A DNA stretch of 64,000 bases from the human T2T-CHM13v2.0 reference genome, Homo sapiens: assembly GCF_009914755.1 (NCBI RefSeq), contig NC_060944.1; one strand, written 5' to 3'. Shown here piece after piece: positions 1-14,128 of this stretch (its first letter is position 1; each line of letters opens with the position of its first letter). The notes under the pieces were generated by a model that saw nothing but the letters and a program-made list of their open reading frames with translations, made no database searches and was not told the origin of the DNA. A program made the translations under genes and the position numbers.

Positions 1-3000
1 GATTCAAAACTGGTGAATCAAAAGATAGGTTCAACACTGTGACTTCAGTGCACAACTCACAAAGGTGTTTATCAGAAATCTTCTGTACAGTTTTTATATG
101 AAGATATCTCCTTCTCCAAAACACAACTCAAATCCCTACAAATATTCACTTCCAGATTCTACGGAATGATTGTCTCAAAACTACTAAATCAAAACAAAGG
201 TTCAACTCTGTGATGAATGCACTCATCAGAAAGAAGGTTCTCTGAATGCTTCTGTGTAGTTTCTATTTGAAGATATTTCCTTTTCCACTCTAGGGCGAAA
301 TAGGGCTCCAAATATTCACTTGCAGAATCTACAAAAAGAGAGATTCTAAACTGCTCAATCAACAGATACGTTCAACAATGTGAGTTGAATGCACACATCA
401 CAAATAAGTTTCACAGAATGCTTCTGGGTAGTTTTTATTTGAAGAAATTTCCCTACCCAGCTCAGGCCTCAAGTCGCTCTAAATATCCACTTGCAGATCC
501 TACAAAAAGAGTGTGTCAAAACTGCTCAATCAAAAGAAAGGTTCTACTCTGTGAGATGGATGCAAACATCAGAAAGTAGTTTCGCAGAATTCTTCTGCAT
601 AGTTTTTATGTGAAGATATTTCCTTCTCCACTATAGGTCTCAAAAGGCTCCAAATATCCACTTGCAGATTCGAAAAAAAGACTGTTTCAAAACAGCTCAA
701 TCCAAAGAAAGGTTCTACTCTGTGAGATGAATGAACACATCATAAAGTAGTTTCTCAGAATGCTTCTGCATAGTTTTTATGTGAAGATATTTCCTTCTCC
801 ACTATAGGCCTCAAAAGCCTCCAAATATCCACTTGCGGATTCTAAAAAAAGAGTGCTTCTAAACTTCTGTACCAAAAGAAAGATTCAACACTGTGAGATG
901 AATGCACAGATCACAAAGAAGTTCCTCAGAATGCTTCTGTGTAGTCTTTATGTGAAGATATTTGTTTTTCCACAGTAGTCCCCAATGAGCTCCAAATATC
1001 CACTTGCAGATTCTACAAAAAGAGTGTTTCAAAACTGCTCAATCAACAGAGACATTCAACTCTGTGAGATGAATGCACCCATCACAAAGAAGTTTCTCGG
1101 AATGCTTCTGTGTAGTTTTTGTGTGAAGACATTTCATTTTCCACAGTATGCCTCAAAGCGCTCCAAATATCCACTCTCAGATTCTGTAAAAAGAGAGATT
1201 CCAAACTGCTGAATCAAAAGATAGGTTCAACACTGTGACTTAGGTGCACAATTCACAAAGATGTTCCTCAGAAATCTTCTGTGTAGTTTTTATATGAAGA
1301 TATCTCCTCCTCCAAAACAGATCTCAAAGCCCTCCAAATATTCACTTCCAGATTGTACGGAAAGATTGTGTCAAAACTGCTAAATCAAAACAAAGGTTCA
1401 ACTCTGTGATGAATGCACTCATCAGAAAGAAGGTTCTCTGAATGCTTCTGTGTAGTTTCTATTTGAAGATATTTCCTTTTCCAATATAGGGCAAAATAGG
1501 GCCCCAAATATTCACTTGCAGATTCTACAAAAAGGGAGATTCTAAACTGCTCAATCAACAGATACCTTCAACAATGTGAGTTGAATGCACACATCGCAAA
1601 TAAGTTTCACAGAATGCTTCTGGGTAGTTTTTAGTTGAAGAAATTTCCCTTTCCACAATAGGCCTCAAATCACTCTAAATATCCACTTGCAGATTCTACA
1701 AAAAGAGTGTTTCAAAACTGCTCAATCCAAAGAAAGGTTGTACCCTGTGAGATGAATGCACGCATCACAAAGTAGTTTCTCAGAATGCTTCTGCATAGTT
1801 TTTATGTGAAGATATTTCCTTCTACACTGTAGGCCTGAAAAGGCTCCAAATATCCATTTACAGATTCTAAAAAAGAGTGTTTCAAAACTGCTATATCAAT
1901 AGAAACATCCAACTCTGTGAGATGAATGCACAGATCACAAAGAAGTTTTTCAGAATGCTTCTGTGTAGTTTTTATGTGAAGATATTTGATTTTCCACAGT
2001 AGGCCCCAACGAGCTCCAAATATCCACTTGCAGATTCCACAAAAAGAGTGTTTCAAAACTGCTCAATCAACAGAGACATTCAACTCTGTGAGATGAATGC
2101 ACACATCACAAAGAAGTTTCTCAAAATGCTTCTGTGTAGTTTTTGTGTGAAGATATTTCATTTTCCACAGTACGCCTCAAAGCGCTCCAAATATCCACTC
2201 TCAGATTCTGTAAAAAGAGAGATTCAAAACTGCTGAATCAAAAGATAGGTTCAACACTGTCACTTCAGTGCACAACTCACAAAGATGTTTCTCAGAATGC
2301 TTCTGTGTAGTTTTTGTGTGAAGATAATTCATTTTCCACAGTACGCCTCAAAGCGCTCCAAATATCCACTCACAGATTCTGTAAAAAGAAAGATTCAAAA
2401 CTGCTGAATCAAAAGATACGTTCAACAATGTGAGCTGAATGCACACATCACAAATAAGGTTGACAGAATGCTTCTGGGTAGTTTTTATTTGAAGAAATTT
2501 CCCTTTCCACAATAGGCCTCAAATTGCTCTAAATATCCACTTGCAGATTCTACAGAAAGAATGTTTCAAAACTGCTCAGTCAAAAGAAAGGTTGTACTCT
2601 GTGAGGTGAATGCACACATCACAAAGTAGTTTCTCAGAATGCTTCTGCATAGTTTTTATGTGAAGATATTTCCTTCCCCACTATAGGCCTCAAAGGCTCC
2701 AAATATCCACTTGTAGATTCTAAAAAAATAGTGTTTCAAAACTGCTGTATCAAAAGAAAGATTCAACTCTGTGAGATGGATGCACAGATCACAAAGAAGT
2801 TTCTCATAAAGCTTCTGTGTAGTTTTTATGTGAAGATATTTGTTTTTCCACAGCAGGCCCCAATGAACTCCAAATATCCACTTGCAGATTCTATAAAAAG
2901 AGTGTTTCAAAACTGCTCAATCAACAGAGACATTCAACTCTGTGAGATGAATGCACACATCACAAAGAAGTTTCTCAGAATGCTTCTGTGCAGTTTTTGT

Positions 3001-3870
3001 GTGAAGATATTTCATTTTCCACAGTACGCCTCAAAGCGCTCCAAATATCCACTCGCAGGTTCTGTAAAAAGAGAGATTCAAAACTGGTGAATCAAAAGAT
3101 AGGTTCAACACTGTGACTTCAGTGCACAACTCACAAAGGTGTTTATCAGAAATCTTCTGTACAGTTTTTATATGAAGATATCTCCTTCTCCAAAACACAA
3201 CTCAAATCCCTACAAATATTCACTTCCAGATTCTACGGAATGATTGTCTCAAAACTACTAAATCAAAACAAAGGTTCAACTCTGTGATGAATGCACTCAT
3301 CAGAAAGAAGGTTCTCTGAATGCTTCTGTGTAGTTTCTATTTGAAGATATTTCCTTTTCCACTCTAGGGCGAAATAGGGCTCCAAATATTCACTTGCAGA
3401 ATCTACAAAAAGAGAGATTCTAAACTGCTCAATCAACAGATACGTTCAACAATGTGAGTTGAATGCAAACATCACAAATAAGTTTCACAGAATGCTTCTG
3501 GGTAGTTTTTATTTGAAGAAATTTCCCTACCCAGCTCAGGCCTCAAGTCGCTCTAAATATCCACTTGCAGATCCTACAAAAAGAGTGTGTCAAAACTGCT
3601 CAATCAAAAGAAAGGTTCTACTCTGTGAGATGGATGCAAACATCAGAAAGTAGTTTCGCAGAATTCTTCTGCATAGTTTTTATGTGAAGATATTTCCTTC
3701 TCCACTATAGGTCTCAAAAGGCTCCAAATATCCACTTGCAGATTCGAAAAAAAGACTGTTTCAAAACAGCTCAATCCAAAGAAAGGTTCTACTCTGTGAG
3801 ATGAATGAACACATCATAAAGTAGTTTCTCAGAATGCTTCTGCATAGTTTTTATGTGAAGATATTTCCTT
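1..3870 (-). repeat. 18-mer HOR domain, left end (~1.25 copies; 7+6+5 subunits)
   Basis: Homologous ORFs at 385 and 3459 give a period of 3074. g-monomer anchors at 985, 2009 and 2863 give steps of 1024 and 854. The same diagnostic words as in the 41.5-64 kb domain are present (CCCAGCTCAGG, GATAATTCATTTT, GGTTGACAG). Confidence 0.92.
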
Positions 3871-6800
3871 CTCCACTATAGTCCTGAAAAGGCTCCAAAT
3901 ATCCACTTGCAGATTCTAAAAAAGACTGTTTCAATACTGCTCAATCCAAAGAAAGATTCTATTCTGTGAGATGAATGCACGGATCACAAAGAAGTCTCTC
4001 AGAATGCTTTTGCATAGTTTTTAAGTGAAGATATTTCCTTCTCCACTATAGGCCTCAAAAGGCTCCAAATATCCACTTGCAGAATCTAAAAAAATAGTCT
4101 TTCAAAACTGCTGTATCAAAGAAAAATTCAACACTGTGAGATGAATGCACAGATCACAAAGAAGTTCCTCAGAATGCTTCTGTGTAGTCTTTATGTGAAG
4201 ATATTTGTTTTTCCACAGTAGTCCCCAATGAGCTCCAAATATCCACTTGCAGATTCTACAAAAAGAGTGTTTCAAAACTGCTCAATCAACAGAGACATTC
4301 AACTCTGTGAGATGAATGCACCCATCACAAGGAAGTTTCTCAGAATGCTTCTGTGTAGTTTTTGTGTGAAGACATTTCATTTTCCAGAGTATGCCTCAAA
4401 GCGCTCCAAATATCCACTCTCAGATTCTGTAAAAAGAGAGATTCCAAACTGCTGAATCAAAAGATAGGTTCAACACTGTGACTTAGGTGCACAATTCACA
4501 AAGATGTTCCTCAGAAATCTTCTGTGTAGTTTTTATATGAAGATATCTCCTCTTCCAAAACAGATCTCAAAGCCCTCCAAATATTCACTTCCAGATTGTA
4601 CGGAAAGATTGTGTCAAAACTGCTAAATCAAAACAAAGGTTCAACTCTGTGATGAATGCACTCATCAGAAAGAAGGTTCTCTGAATGCTTCTGTGTAGCT
4701 TCTATTTGAAGATATTTCCTTTTCCACTATAGGGCGAAATAGGGCTCCAAATATTCACTTGCAGATTCTACAAAAAGAGAGATTCTAATCTGCTCAATCA
4801 ACAGATACTTTCAACATTGTTGGTTGAATGCACACATCACAAATAAGTTTCACAGAATGCTTCTGGGTAGTTTTTATTTGAAGAAATTTCCCTTTCCACA
4901 ATAGGCCTCAAATCGCTCTAAATATCCACTTGCAGATTCTAAAAAAAGAGTGTTTCAAAACTGCTCAATCCAAAGAAAGGTACTACTCTGTGAGATGAAT
5001 GCACACATCACAAAGTAGTTTGTCAGAATGCTTCTGCATAGTTTTTATGTGAAGATAATTCCTTCTCCACTATAGGCCTCAAAAGGCTCCAAATATCCAC
5101 TTGCGGATTCTAAAAAAAGAGTGCTTCTAAACTTCTGTATCAAAAGAATGATTCAACACTGTGAAATGAATGCACAGATCACAAAGAAGTTTCTCAGAAT
5201 GCTTCTGTATAGTTTTTATGTGAAGATATTTGTTTTTCCACAGTAGTCCCCAATGAGCTCCAAATATCCACTTGCAGATTCTACAAAAAGAGTGTTTCAA
5301 AACTGCTCAGTCAACAGAGACATTCAACTCTGTGAGATGAATGCACCCATCACAAAGAAGTTTCTCAGAATGCTTCTGTGTAGTTTTTGTGTGAAGATAT
5401 TTCATTTTCCACAGTACGCCTCAAAGCGCTCCAAATATCCACTCCCAGATTCTGTAAAAAGAGAGATTCAAAACTGCTGAATCAAAAGATAGGTTCAACA
5501 CTGTGACTTCAGTGCACAACTCACAAAGATGTTTATAAGAATGCTTCTGTGTAGTTTTTATATGAAGATATCTCCTTCTCCAAAAGAGAACTCAAAGCCC
5601 TCCAAATATTCACTTCCAGATTCTACGGAAAGATTGTGTCAAAAGTGCTAAATCAAAACAAAGGTTCAACTCTGTGATGAATGCACTCATCAGAAAGAAG
5701 GTTCTCTGAATGCTTCTGTGTAGTTTCTATTTGAAGATATTTCCTTTTCCAATATAGGGCGAAATAGGGCTCCAAATATTCACTTGCAGATTCTACAAAA
5801 GGAGAGATTCTAATCTGCTCAATCAACAGATACGTTCAACACTGTGAGTTGAATGCACACATCACAAATAAGTTTCACAGAATGCTTCAGGGAAGTTTTT
5901 ATTTGAAGAAATTTCCCTTTCCACAATAGGCCTCAAATCGCTCTAAATATCTACTTGCAGATTCTACAAAAAGAGTTCTTCAAAACTGCTCAATCCAAAG
6001 AAAGGTTCTACTCTGTGGGATGAATGCACGCATCACAAAGTAGTTTCTGAGAATGCTTCTGCATAGTTTTTATTTGAAGATATTTCCTTCTCCACTATAG
6101 TCCTGAAAAGGCTCCAAATATCCACTTGCAGATTCTAAAAAAGACTGTTTCAATACTGCTCAATCCAAAGAAAGATTCTATTCTGTGAGATGAATGCACG
6201 GATCACAAAGAAGTCTCTCAGAATGCTTTTGCATAGTTTTTAAGTGAAGATATTTCCTTCTCCACTATAGGCCTCAAAAGGCTCCAAATATCCACTTGCA
6301 GAATCTAAAAAAATAGTCTTTCAAAACTGCTGTATCAAAGAAAAATTCAACACTGTGAGATGAATGCACAGATAACAAAGAAGTTCCTCAGAATGCTTCT
6401 GTGTAGTCTTTATGTGAAGATATTTGTTTTTCCACAGTAGTCCCCAATGAGCTCCAAATATCCACTTGCAGATTCTACAAAAAGAGTGTTTCAAAACTGC
6501 TCAATCAACAGAGACATTCAACTCTGTGAGATGAATGCACCCATCACAAGGAAGTTTCTCAGAATGCTTCTGTGTAGTTTTTGTGTGAAGACATTTCATT
6601 TTCCAGAGTATGCCTCAAAGCGCTCCAAATATCCACTCTCAGATTCTGTAAAAAGAGAGATTCCAAACTGCTGAATCAAAAGATAGGTTCAACACTGTGA
6701 CTTAGGTGCACAATTCACAAAGATGTTCCTCAGAAATCTTCTGTGTAGTTTTTATATGAAGATATCTCCTCTTCCAAAACAGATCTCAAAGCCCTCCAAA

Positions 6801-9800
6801 TATTCACTTCCAGATTGTACGGAAAGATTGTGTCAAAACTGCTAAATCAAAACAAAGGTTCAACTCTGTGATGAATGCACTCATCAGAAAGAAGGTTCTC
6901 TGAATGCTTCTGTGTAGCTTCTATTTGAAGATATTTCCTTTTCCACTATAGGGCGAAATAGGGCTCCAAATATTCACTTGCAGATTCTACAAAAAGAGAG
7001 ATTCTAATCTGCTCAATCAACAGATACTTTCAACATTGTTGGTTGAATGCACACATCACAAATAAGTTTCACAGAATGCTTCTGGGTAGTTTTTATTTGA
7101 AGAAATTTCCCTTTCCACAATAGGCCTCAAATCGCTCTAAATATCCACTTGCAGATTCTAAAAAAAGAGTGTTTCAAAACTGCTCAATCCAAAGAAAGGT
7201 ACTACTCTGTGAGATGAATGCACACATCACAAAGTAGTTTGTCAGAATGCTTCTGCATAGTTTTTATGTGAAGATAATTCCTTCTCCACTATAGGCCTCA
7301 AAAGGCTCCAAATATCCACTTGCGGATTCTAAAAAAAGAGTGCTTCTAAACTTCTGTATCAAAAGAATGATTCAACACTGTGAAATGAATGCACAGATCA
7401 CAAAGAAGTTTCTCAGAATGCTTCTGTGTAGTTTTTATGTGAAGATATTTGTTTTTCCACAGTAGTCCCCAATGAGCTCCAAATATCCACTTGCAGATTC
7501 TACAAAAAGAGTGTTTCAAAACTGCTCAGTCAACAGAGACATTCAACTCTGTGAGATGAATGCACCCATCACAAAGAAGTTTCTCAGAATGCTTCTGTGT
7601 AGTTTTTGTGTGAAGATATTTCATTTTCCACAGTACGCCTCAAAGCGCTCCAAATATCCACTCCCAGATTCTGTAAAAAGAGAGATTCAAAACTGCTGAA
7701 TCAAAAGATAGGTTCAACACTGTGACTTCAGTGCACAACTCACAAAGATGTTTATAAGAATGCTTCTGTGTAGTTTTTATATGAAGATATCTCCTTCTCC
7801 AAAAGAGAACTCAAAGCCCTCCAAATATTCACTTCCAGATTCCACGGAAAGATTGTGTCAAAAGTGCTAAATCAAAACAAAGGTTCAACTCTGTGATGAA
7901 TGCACTCATCAGAAAGAAGGTTCTCTGAATGCTTCTGTGTAGTTTCTATTTGAAGATATTTCCTTTTCCAATATAGGGCGAAATAGGGCTCCAAATATTC
8001 ACTTGCAGATTCTACAAAAGGAGAGATTCTAATCTGCTCAATCAACAGATACGTTCAACACTGTGAGTTGAATGCACACATCACAAATAAGTTTCACAGA
8101 ATGCTTCAGGGAAGTTTTTATTTGAAGAAATTTCCCTTTCCACAATAGGCCTCAAATCGCTCTAAATATCTACTTGCAGATTCTACAAAAAGAGTTCTTC
8201 AAAACTGCTCAATCCAAAGAAAGGTTCTACTCTGTGGGATGAATGCACGCATCACAAAGTAGTTTCTGAGAATGCTTCTGCATAGTTTTTATTTGAAGAT
8301 ATTTCCTTCTCCACTATAGTCCTGAAAAGGCTCCAAATATCCACTTGCAGATTCTAAAAAAGACTGTTTCAATACTGCTCAATCCAAAGAAAGATTCTAT
8401 TCTGTGAGATGAATGCACGGATCACAAAGAAGTCTCTCAGAATGCTTTTGCATAGTTTTTAAGTGAAGATATTTCCTTCTCCACTATAGGCCTCAAAAGG
8501 CTCCAAATATCCACTTGCAGAATCTAAAAAAATAGTCTTTCAAAACTGCTGTATCAAAGAAAAATTCAACACTGTGAGATGAATGCACAGATAACAAAGA
8601 AGTTCCTCAGAATGCTTCTGTGTAGTCTTTATGTGAAGATATTTGTTTTTCCACAGTAGTCCCCAATGAGCTCCAAATATCCACTTGCAGATTCTACAAA
8701 AAGAGTGTTTCAAAACTGCTCAATCAACAGAGACATTCAACTCTGTGAGATGAATGCACCCATCACAAGGAAGTTTCTCAGAATGCTTCTGTGTAGTTTT
8801 TGTGTGAAGACATTTCATTTTCCAGAGTATGCCTCAAAGCGCTCCAAATATCCACTCTCAGATTCTGTAAAAAGAGAGATTCCAAACTGCTGAATCAAAA
8901 GATAGGTTCAACACTGTGACTTAGGTGCACAATTCACAAAGATGTTCCTCAGAAATCTTCTGTGTAGTTTTTATATGAAGATATCTCCTCTTCCAAAACA
9001 GATCTCAAAGCCCTCCAAATATTCACTTCCAGATTGTACGGAAAGATTGTGTCAAAACTGCTAAATCAAAACAAAGGTTCAACTCTGTGATGAATGCACT
9101 CATCAGAAAGAAGGTTCTCTGAATGCTTCTGTGTAGCTTCTATTTGAAGATATTTCCTTTTCCACTATAGGGCGAAATAGGGCTCCAAATATTCACTTGC
9201 AGATTCTACAAAAAGAGAGATTCTAATCTGCTCAATCAACAGATACTTTCAACATTGTTGGTTGAATGCACACATCACAAATAAGTTTCACAGAATGCTT
9301 CTGGGTAGTTTTTATTTGAAGAAATTTCCCTTTCCACAATAGGCCTCAAATCGCTCTAAATATCCACTTGCAGATTCTAAAAAAAGAGTGTTTCAAAACT
9401 GCTCAATCCAAAGAAAGGTACTACTCTGTGAGATGAATGCACACATCACAAAGTAGTTTGTCAGAATGCTTCTGCATAGTTTTTATGTGAAGATAATTCC
9501 TTCTCCACTATAGGCCTCAAAAGGCTCCAAATATCCACTTGCGGATTCTAAAAAAAGAGTGCTTCTAAACTTCTGTATCAAAAGAATGATTCAACACTGT
9601 GAAATGAATGCACAGATCACAAAGAAGTTTCTCAGAATGCTTCTGTGTAGTTTTTATGTGAAGATATTTGTTTTTCCACAGTAGTCCCCAATGAGCTCCA
9701 AATATCCACTTGCAGATTCTACAAAAAGAGTGTTTCAAAACTGCTCAGTCAACAGAGACATTCAACTCTGTGAGATGAATGCACCCATCACAAAGAAGTT

Positions 9801-11360
9801 TCTCAGAATGCTTCTGTGTAGTTTTTGTGTGAAGATATTTCATTTTCCACAGTACGCCTCAAAGCGCTCCAAATATCCACTCCCAGATTCTGTAAAAAGA
9901 GAGATTCAAAACTGCTGAATCAAAAGATAGGTTCAACACTGTGACTTCAGTGCACAACTCACAAAGATGTTTATAAGAATGCTTCTGTGTAGTTTTTATA
10001 TGAAGATATCTCCTTCTCCAAAAGAGAACTCAAAGCCCTCCAAATATTCACTTCCAGATTCTACGGAAAGATTGTGTCAAAAGTGCTAAATCAAAACAAA
10101 GGTTCAACTCTGTGATGAATGCACTCATCAGAAAGAAGGTTCTCTGAATGCTTCTGTGTAGTTTCTATTTGAAGATATTTCCTTTTCCAATATAGGGCGA
10201 AATAGGGCTCCAAATATTCACTTGCAGATTCTACAAAAGGAGAGATTCTAATCTGCTCAATCAACAGATACGTTCAACACTGTGAGTTGAATGCACACAT
10301 CACAAATAAGTTTCACAGAATGCTTCAGGGAAGTTTTTATTTGAAGAAATTTCCCTTTCCACAATAGGCCTCAAATCGCTCTAAATATCTACTTGCAGAT
10401 TCTACAAAAAGAGTTCTTCAAAACTGCTCAATCCAAAGAAAGGTTCTACTCTGTGGGATGAATGCACGCATCACAAAGTAGTTTCTGAGAATGCTTCTGC
10501 ATAGTTTTTATTTGAAGATATTTCCTTCTCCACTATAGTCCTGAAAAGGCTCCAAATATCCACTTGCAGATTCTAAAAAAGACTGTTTCAATACTGCTCA
10601 ATCCAAAGAAAGATTCTATTCTGTGAGATGAATGCACGGATCACAAAGAAGTCTCTCAGAATGCTTTTGCATAGTTTTTAAGTGAAGATATTTCCTTCTC
10701 CACTATAGGCCTCAAAAGGCTCCAAATATCCACTTGCAGAATCTAAAAAAATAGTCTTTCAAAACTGCTGTATCAAAGAAAAATTCAACACTGTGAGATG
10801 AATGCACAGATAACAAAGAAGTTCCTCAGAATGCTTCTGTGTAGTCTTTATGTGAAGATATTTGTTTTTCCACAGTAGTCCCCAATGAGCTTCAAATATC
10901 CACTTGCAGATTCTACAAAAAGAGTGTTTCAAAACTGCTCAATCAACAGAGACATTCAACTCTGTGAGATGAATGCACCCATCACAAGGAAGTTTCTCAG
11001 AATGCTTCTGTGTAGTTTTTGTGTGAAGACATTTCATTTTCCAGAGTATGCCTCAAAGCGCTCCAAATATCCACTCTCAGATTCTGTAAAAAGAGAGATT
11101 CCAAACTGCTGAATCAAAAGATAGGTTCAACACTGTGACTTAGGTGCACAATTCACAAAGATGTTCCTCAGAAATCTTCTGTGTAGTTTTTATATGAAGA
11201 TATCTCCTCTTCCAAAACAGATCTCAAAGCCCTCCAAATATTCACTTCCAGATTGTACGGAAAGATTGTGTCAAAACTGCTAAATCAAAACAAAGGTTCA
11301 ACTCTGTGATGAATGCACTCATCAGAAAGAAGGTTCTCTGAATGCTTCTGTGTAGTTTCT
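3871..11360 (-). repeat. 13-mer HOR domain (6+7 subunits, 2219 bp), ~3.4 near-identical tandem copies
   Basis: Anchors at 4228, 5253, 6447, 7472, 8666, 9691 and 10885 alternate 1025/1194 bp. Marker words are TTGTTGGTTG, CTTCAGGGAAG, AGTTCTTC and TTTATAAGAA. Confidence 0.93.
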
Positions 11361-14128
11361 ATTTGAAGATATTTCCTTTTCCAATATAGGGCAAAATAGG
11401 GCCCCAAATACTCACTTGCAGATTCTACAAAAAGAGAGATTCTAAACAACTCAATCAACAGATATCTTCAACATTGTGAGTTGAATGCACACATCGCAAA
11501 TAAGTTTCACAGAATGCTTCTGGGTAGTTTTTAGTTGAAGAAATTTCCCTTTCCACAATAGGCCTCAAATCACTCTAAATATCCACTTGCAGATTCTACA
11601 AAAAGAGTGTTTCAAAACTGCTCAATCCAAAGAAAGTTTGTACCCTGTGAGAAGAATGCACGCATCACAGAGTAGTTTCTCAGAATGCTTCTGCATAGTT
11701 TTTATGTGAAGATATTTCCTTCTACACTGTAGGCCTGAAAGGACTCCAAATATCCATTTACAGATTCTAAAAAAAGAGTGTTTCAAAACTGCTGTATCAA
11801 TAGAAACATCCAACTCTGTGAGATGAATGCACAGATCACAAAGAAGTTTCTCAGAATGCTTCTGTGTAGTTTTTATGAGAAGTTATTTGTTTTTCCACAG
11901 TAGGCCCCAATGAGCTCCAAATATCCACTTGCAGATTCTACAAAAAGAGTGTTTCAAAACTGCTCAATCAACAGAGACATTCAACTCTGTGAGATGAATG
12001 CACACATCACAAAGAAGTTTTGCCGAATGCTTCTGTGTAGTTTTTGTGTGAAGATATTTCATTTTCAACAGTACGCCTCAAAGCGCTTCAAATATCCACT
12101 CTCAGATTCTGTAAAAAGAGAGATTCAAAACTGCTGAATCAAAAGATACGTTCAACAACGTGACTTCAGTGCACAACTCACAAAGTTGTTTCTCAGAATG
12201 CTTCTGTATAGTTTTTATATGAAGATATCTCCTTCTCCAAAACAGAACTCAAAGCCCTCCAAATATTTACTTCCAGATTCTACGGAAAGATTGTCTCAAA
12301 ACTGCTAAATCAAAACAAAGGTTCAACTCTGTGATGAATGCTCTCATCAGAAAGAAGTTTCTCTGAATGCTTCTGTGTAGCTTCTATTTGAAGATATTTC
12401 CTTTTCCACTATAGGGCGAAATAGGGCTCCAAATATTCACTTGCAGATTCTACAAAAAGAGAGATTCTAATCTGCTCAATCAACAGATACTTTCAACATT
12501 GTTGGTTGAATGCACACATCACAAATAAGTTTCACAGAATGCTTCTGGGTAGTTTTTATTTGAAGAAATTTCCCTTTCCACAATAGGCCTCAAATCGCTC
12601 TAAATATCCACTTGCAGATTCTAAAAAAAGAGTGTTTCAAAACTGCTCAATCCAAAGAAAGGTACTACTCTGTGAGATGAATGCACACATCACAAAGTAG
12701 TTTGTCAGAATGCTTCTGCATAGTTTTTATGTGAAGATAATTCCTTCTCCACTATAGGCCTCAAAAGGCTCCAAATATCCACTTGCGGATTCTAAAAAAA
12801 GAGTGCTTCTAAACTTCTGTATCAAAAGAATGATTCAACACTGTGAAATGAATGCACAGATCACAAAGAAGTTTCTCAGAATGCTTCTGTGTAGTTTTTA
12901 TGTGAAGATATTTGTTTTTCCACAGTAGTCCCCAATGAGCTCCAAATATCCACTTGCAGATTCTACAAAAAGAGTGTTTCAAAACTGCTCAGTCAACAGA
13001 GACATTCAACTCTGTGAGATGAATGCACCCATCACAAAGAAGTTTCTCAGAATGCTTCTGTGTAGTTTTTGTGTGAAGATATTTCATTTTCCACAGTACG
13101 CCTCAAAGCGCTCCAAATATCCACTCCCAGATTCTGTAAAAAGAGAGATTCAAAACTGCTGAATCAAAAGATAGGTTCAACACTGTGACTTCAGTGCACA
13201 ACTCACAAAGATGTTTATAAGAATGCTTCTGTGTAGTTTTTATATGAAGATATCTCCTTCTCCAAAAGAGAACTCAAAGCCCTCCAAATATTCACTTCCA
13301 GATTCTACGGAAAGATTGTGTCAAAAGTGCTAAATCAAAACAAAGGTTCAACTCTGTGATGAATGCACTCATCAGAAAGAAGGTTCTCTGAATGCTTCTG
13401 TGTAGTTTCTATTTGAAGATATTTCCTTTTCCAATATAGGGCGAAATAGGGCTCCAAATATTCACTTGCAGATTCTACAAAAGGAGAGATTCTAATCTGC
13501 TCAATCAACAGATACGTTCAACACTGTGAGTTGAATGCACACATCACAAATAAGTTTCACAGAATGCTTCAGGGAAGTTTTTATTTGAAGAAATTTCCCT
13601 TTCCACAATAGGCCTCAAATCGCTCTAAATATCTACTTGCAGATTCTACAAAAAGAGTTCTTCAAAACTGCTCAATCCAAAGAAAGGTTCTACTCTGTGG
13701 GATGAATGCACGCATCACAAAGTAGTTTCTGAGAATGCTTCTGCATAGTTTTTATTTGAAGATATTTCCTTCTCCACTATAGTCCTGAAAAGGCTCCAAA
13801 TATCCACTTGCAGATTCTAAAAAAGACTGTTTCAATACTGCTCAATCCAAAGAAAGATTCTATTCTGTGAGATGAATGCACGGATCACAAAGAAGTCTCT
13901 CAGAATGCTTTTGCATAGTTTTTAAGTGAAGATATTTCCTTCTCCACTATAGGCCTCAAAAGGCTCCAAATATCCACTTGCAGAATCTAAAAAAATAGTC
14001 TTTCAAAACTGCTGTATCAAAGAAAAATTCAACACTGTGAGATGAATGCACAGATAACAAAGAAGTTCCTCAGAATGCTTCTGTGTAGTCTTTATGTGAA
14101 GATATTTGTTTTTCCACAGTAGTCCCCA
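10885..14128 (-). repeat. 19-mer structural variant (6+6+7, 3244 bp) related to the 13-mer
   Basis: Anchors at 10885, 11910, 12935 and 14129 give steps of 1025, 1025 and 1194. The extra six monomers carry ATGAGAAGTTAT and TTTTGCCGAATG. Confidence 0.88.
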
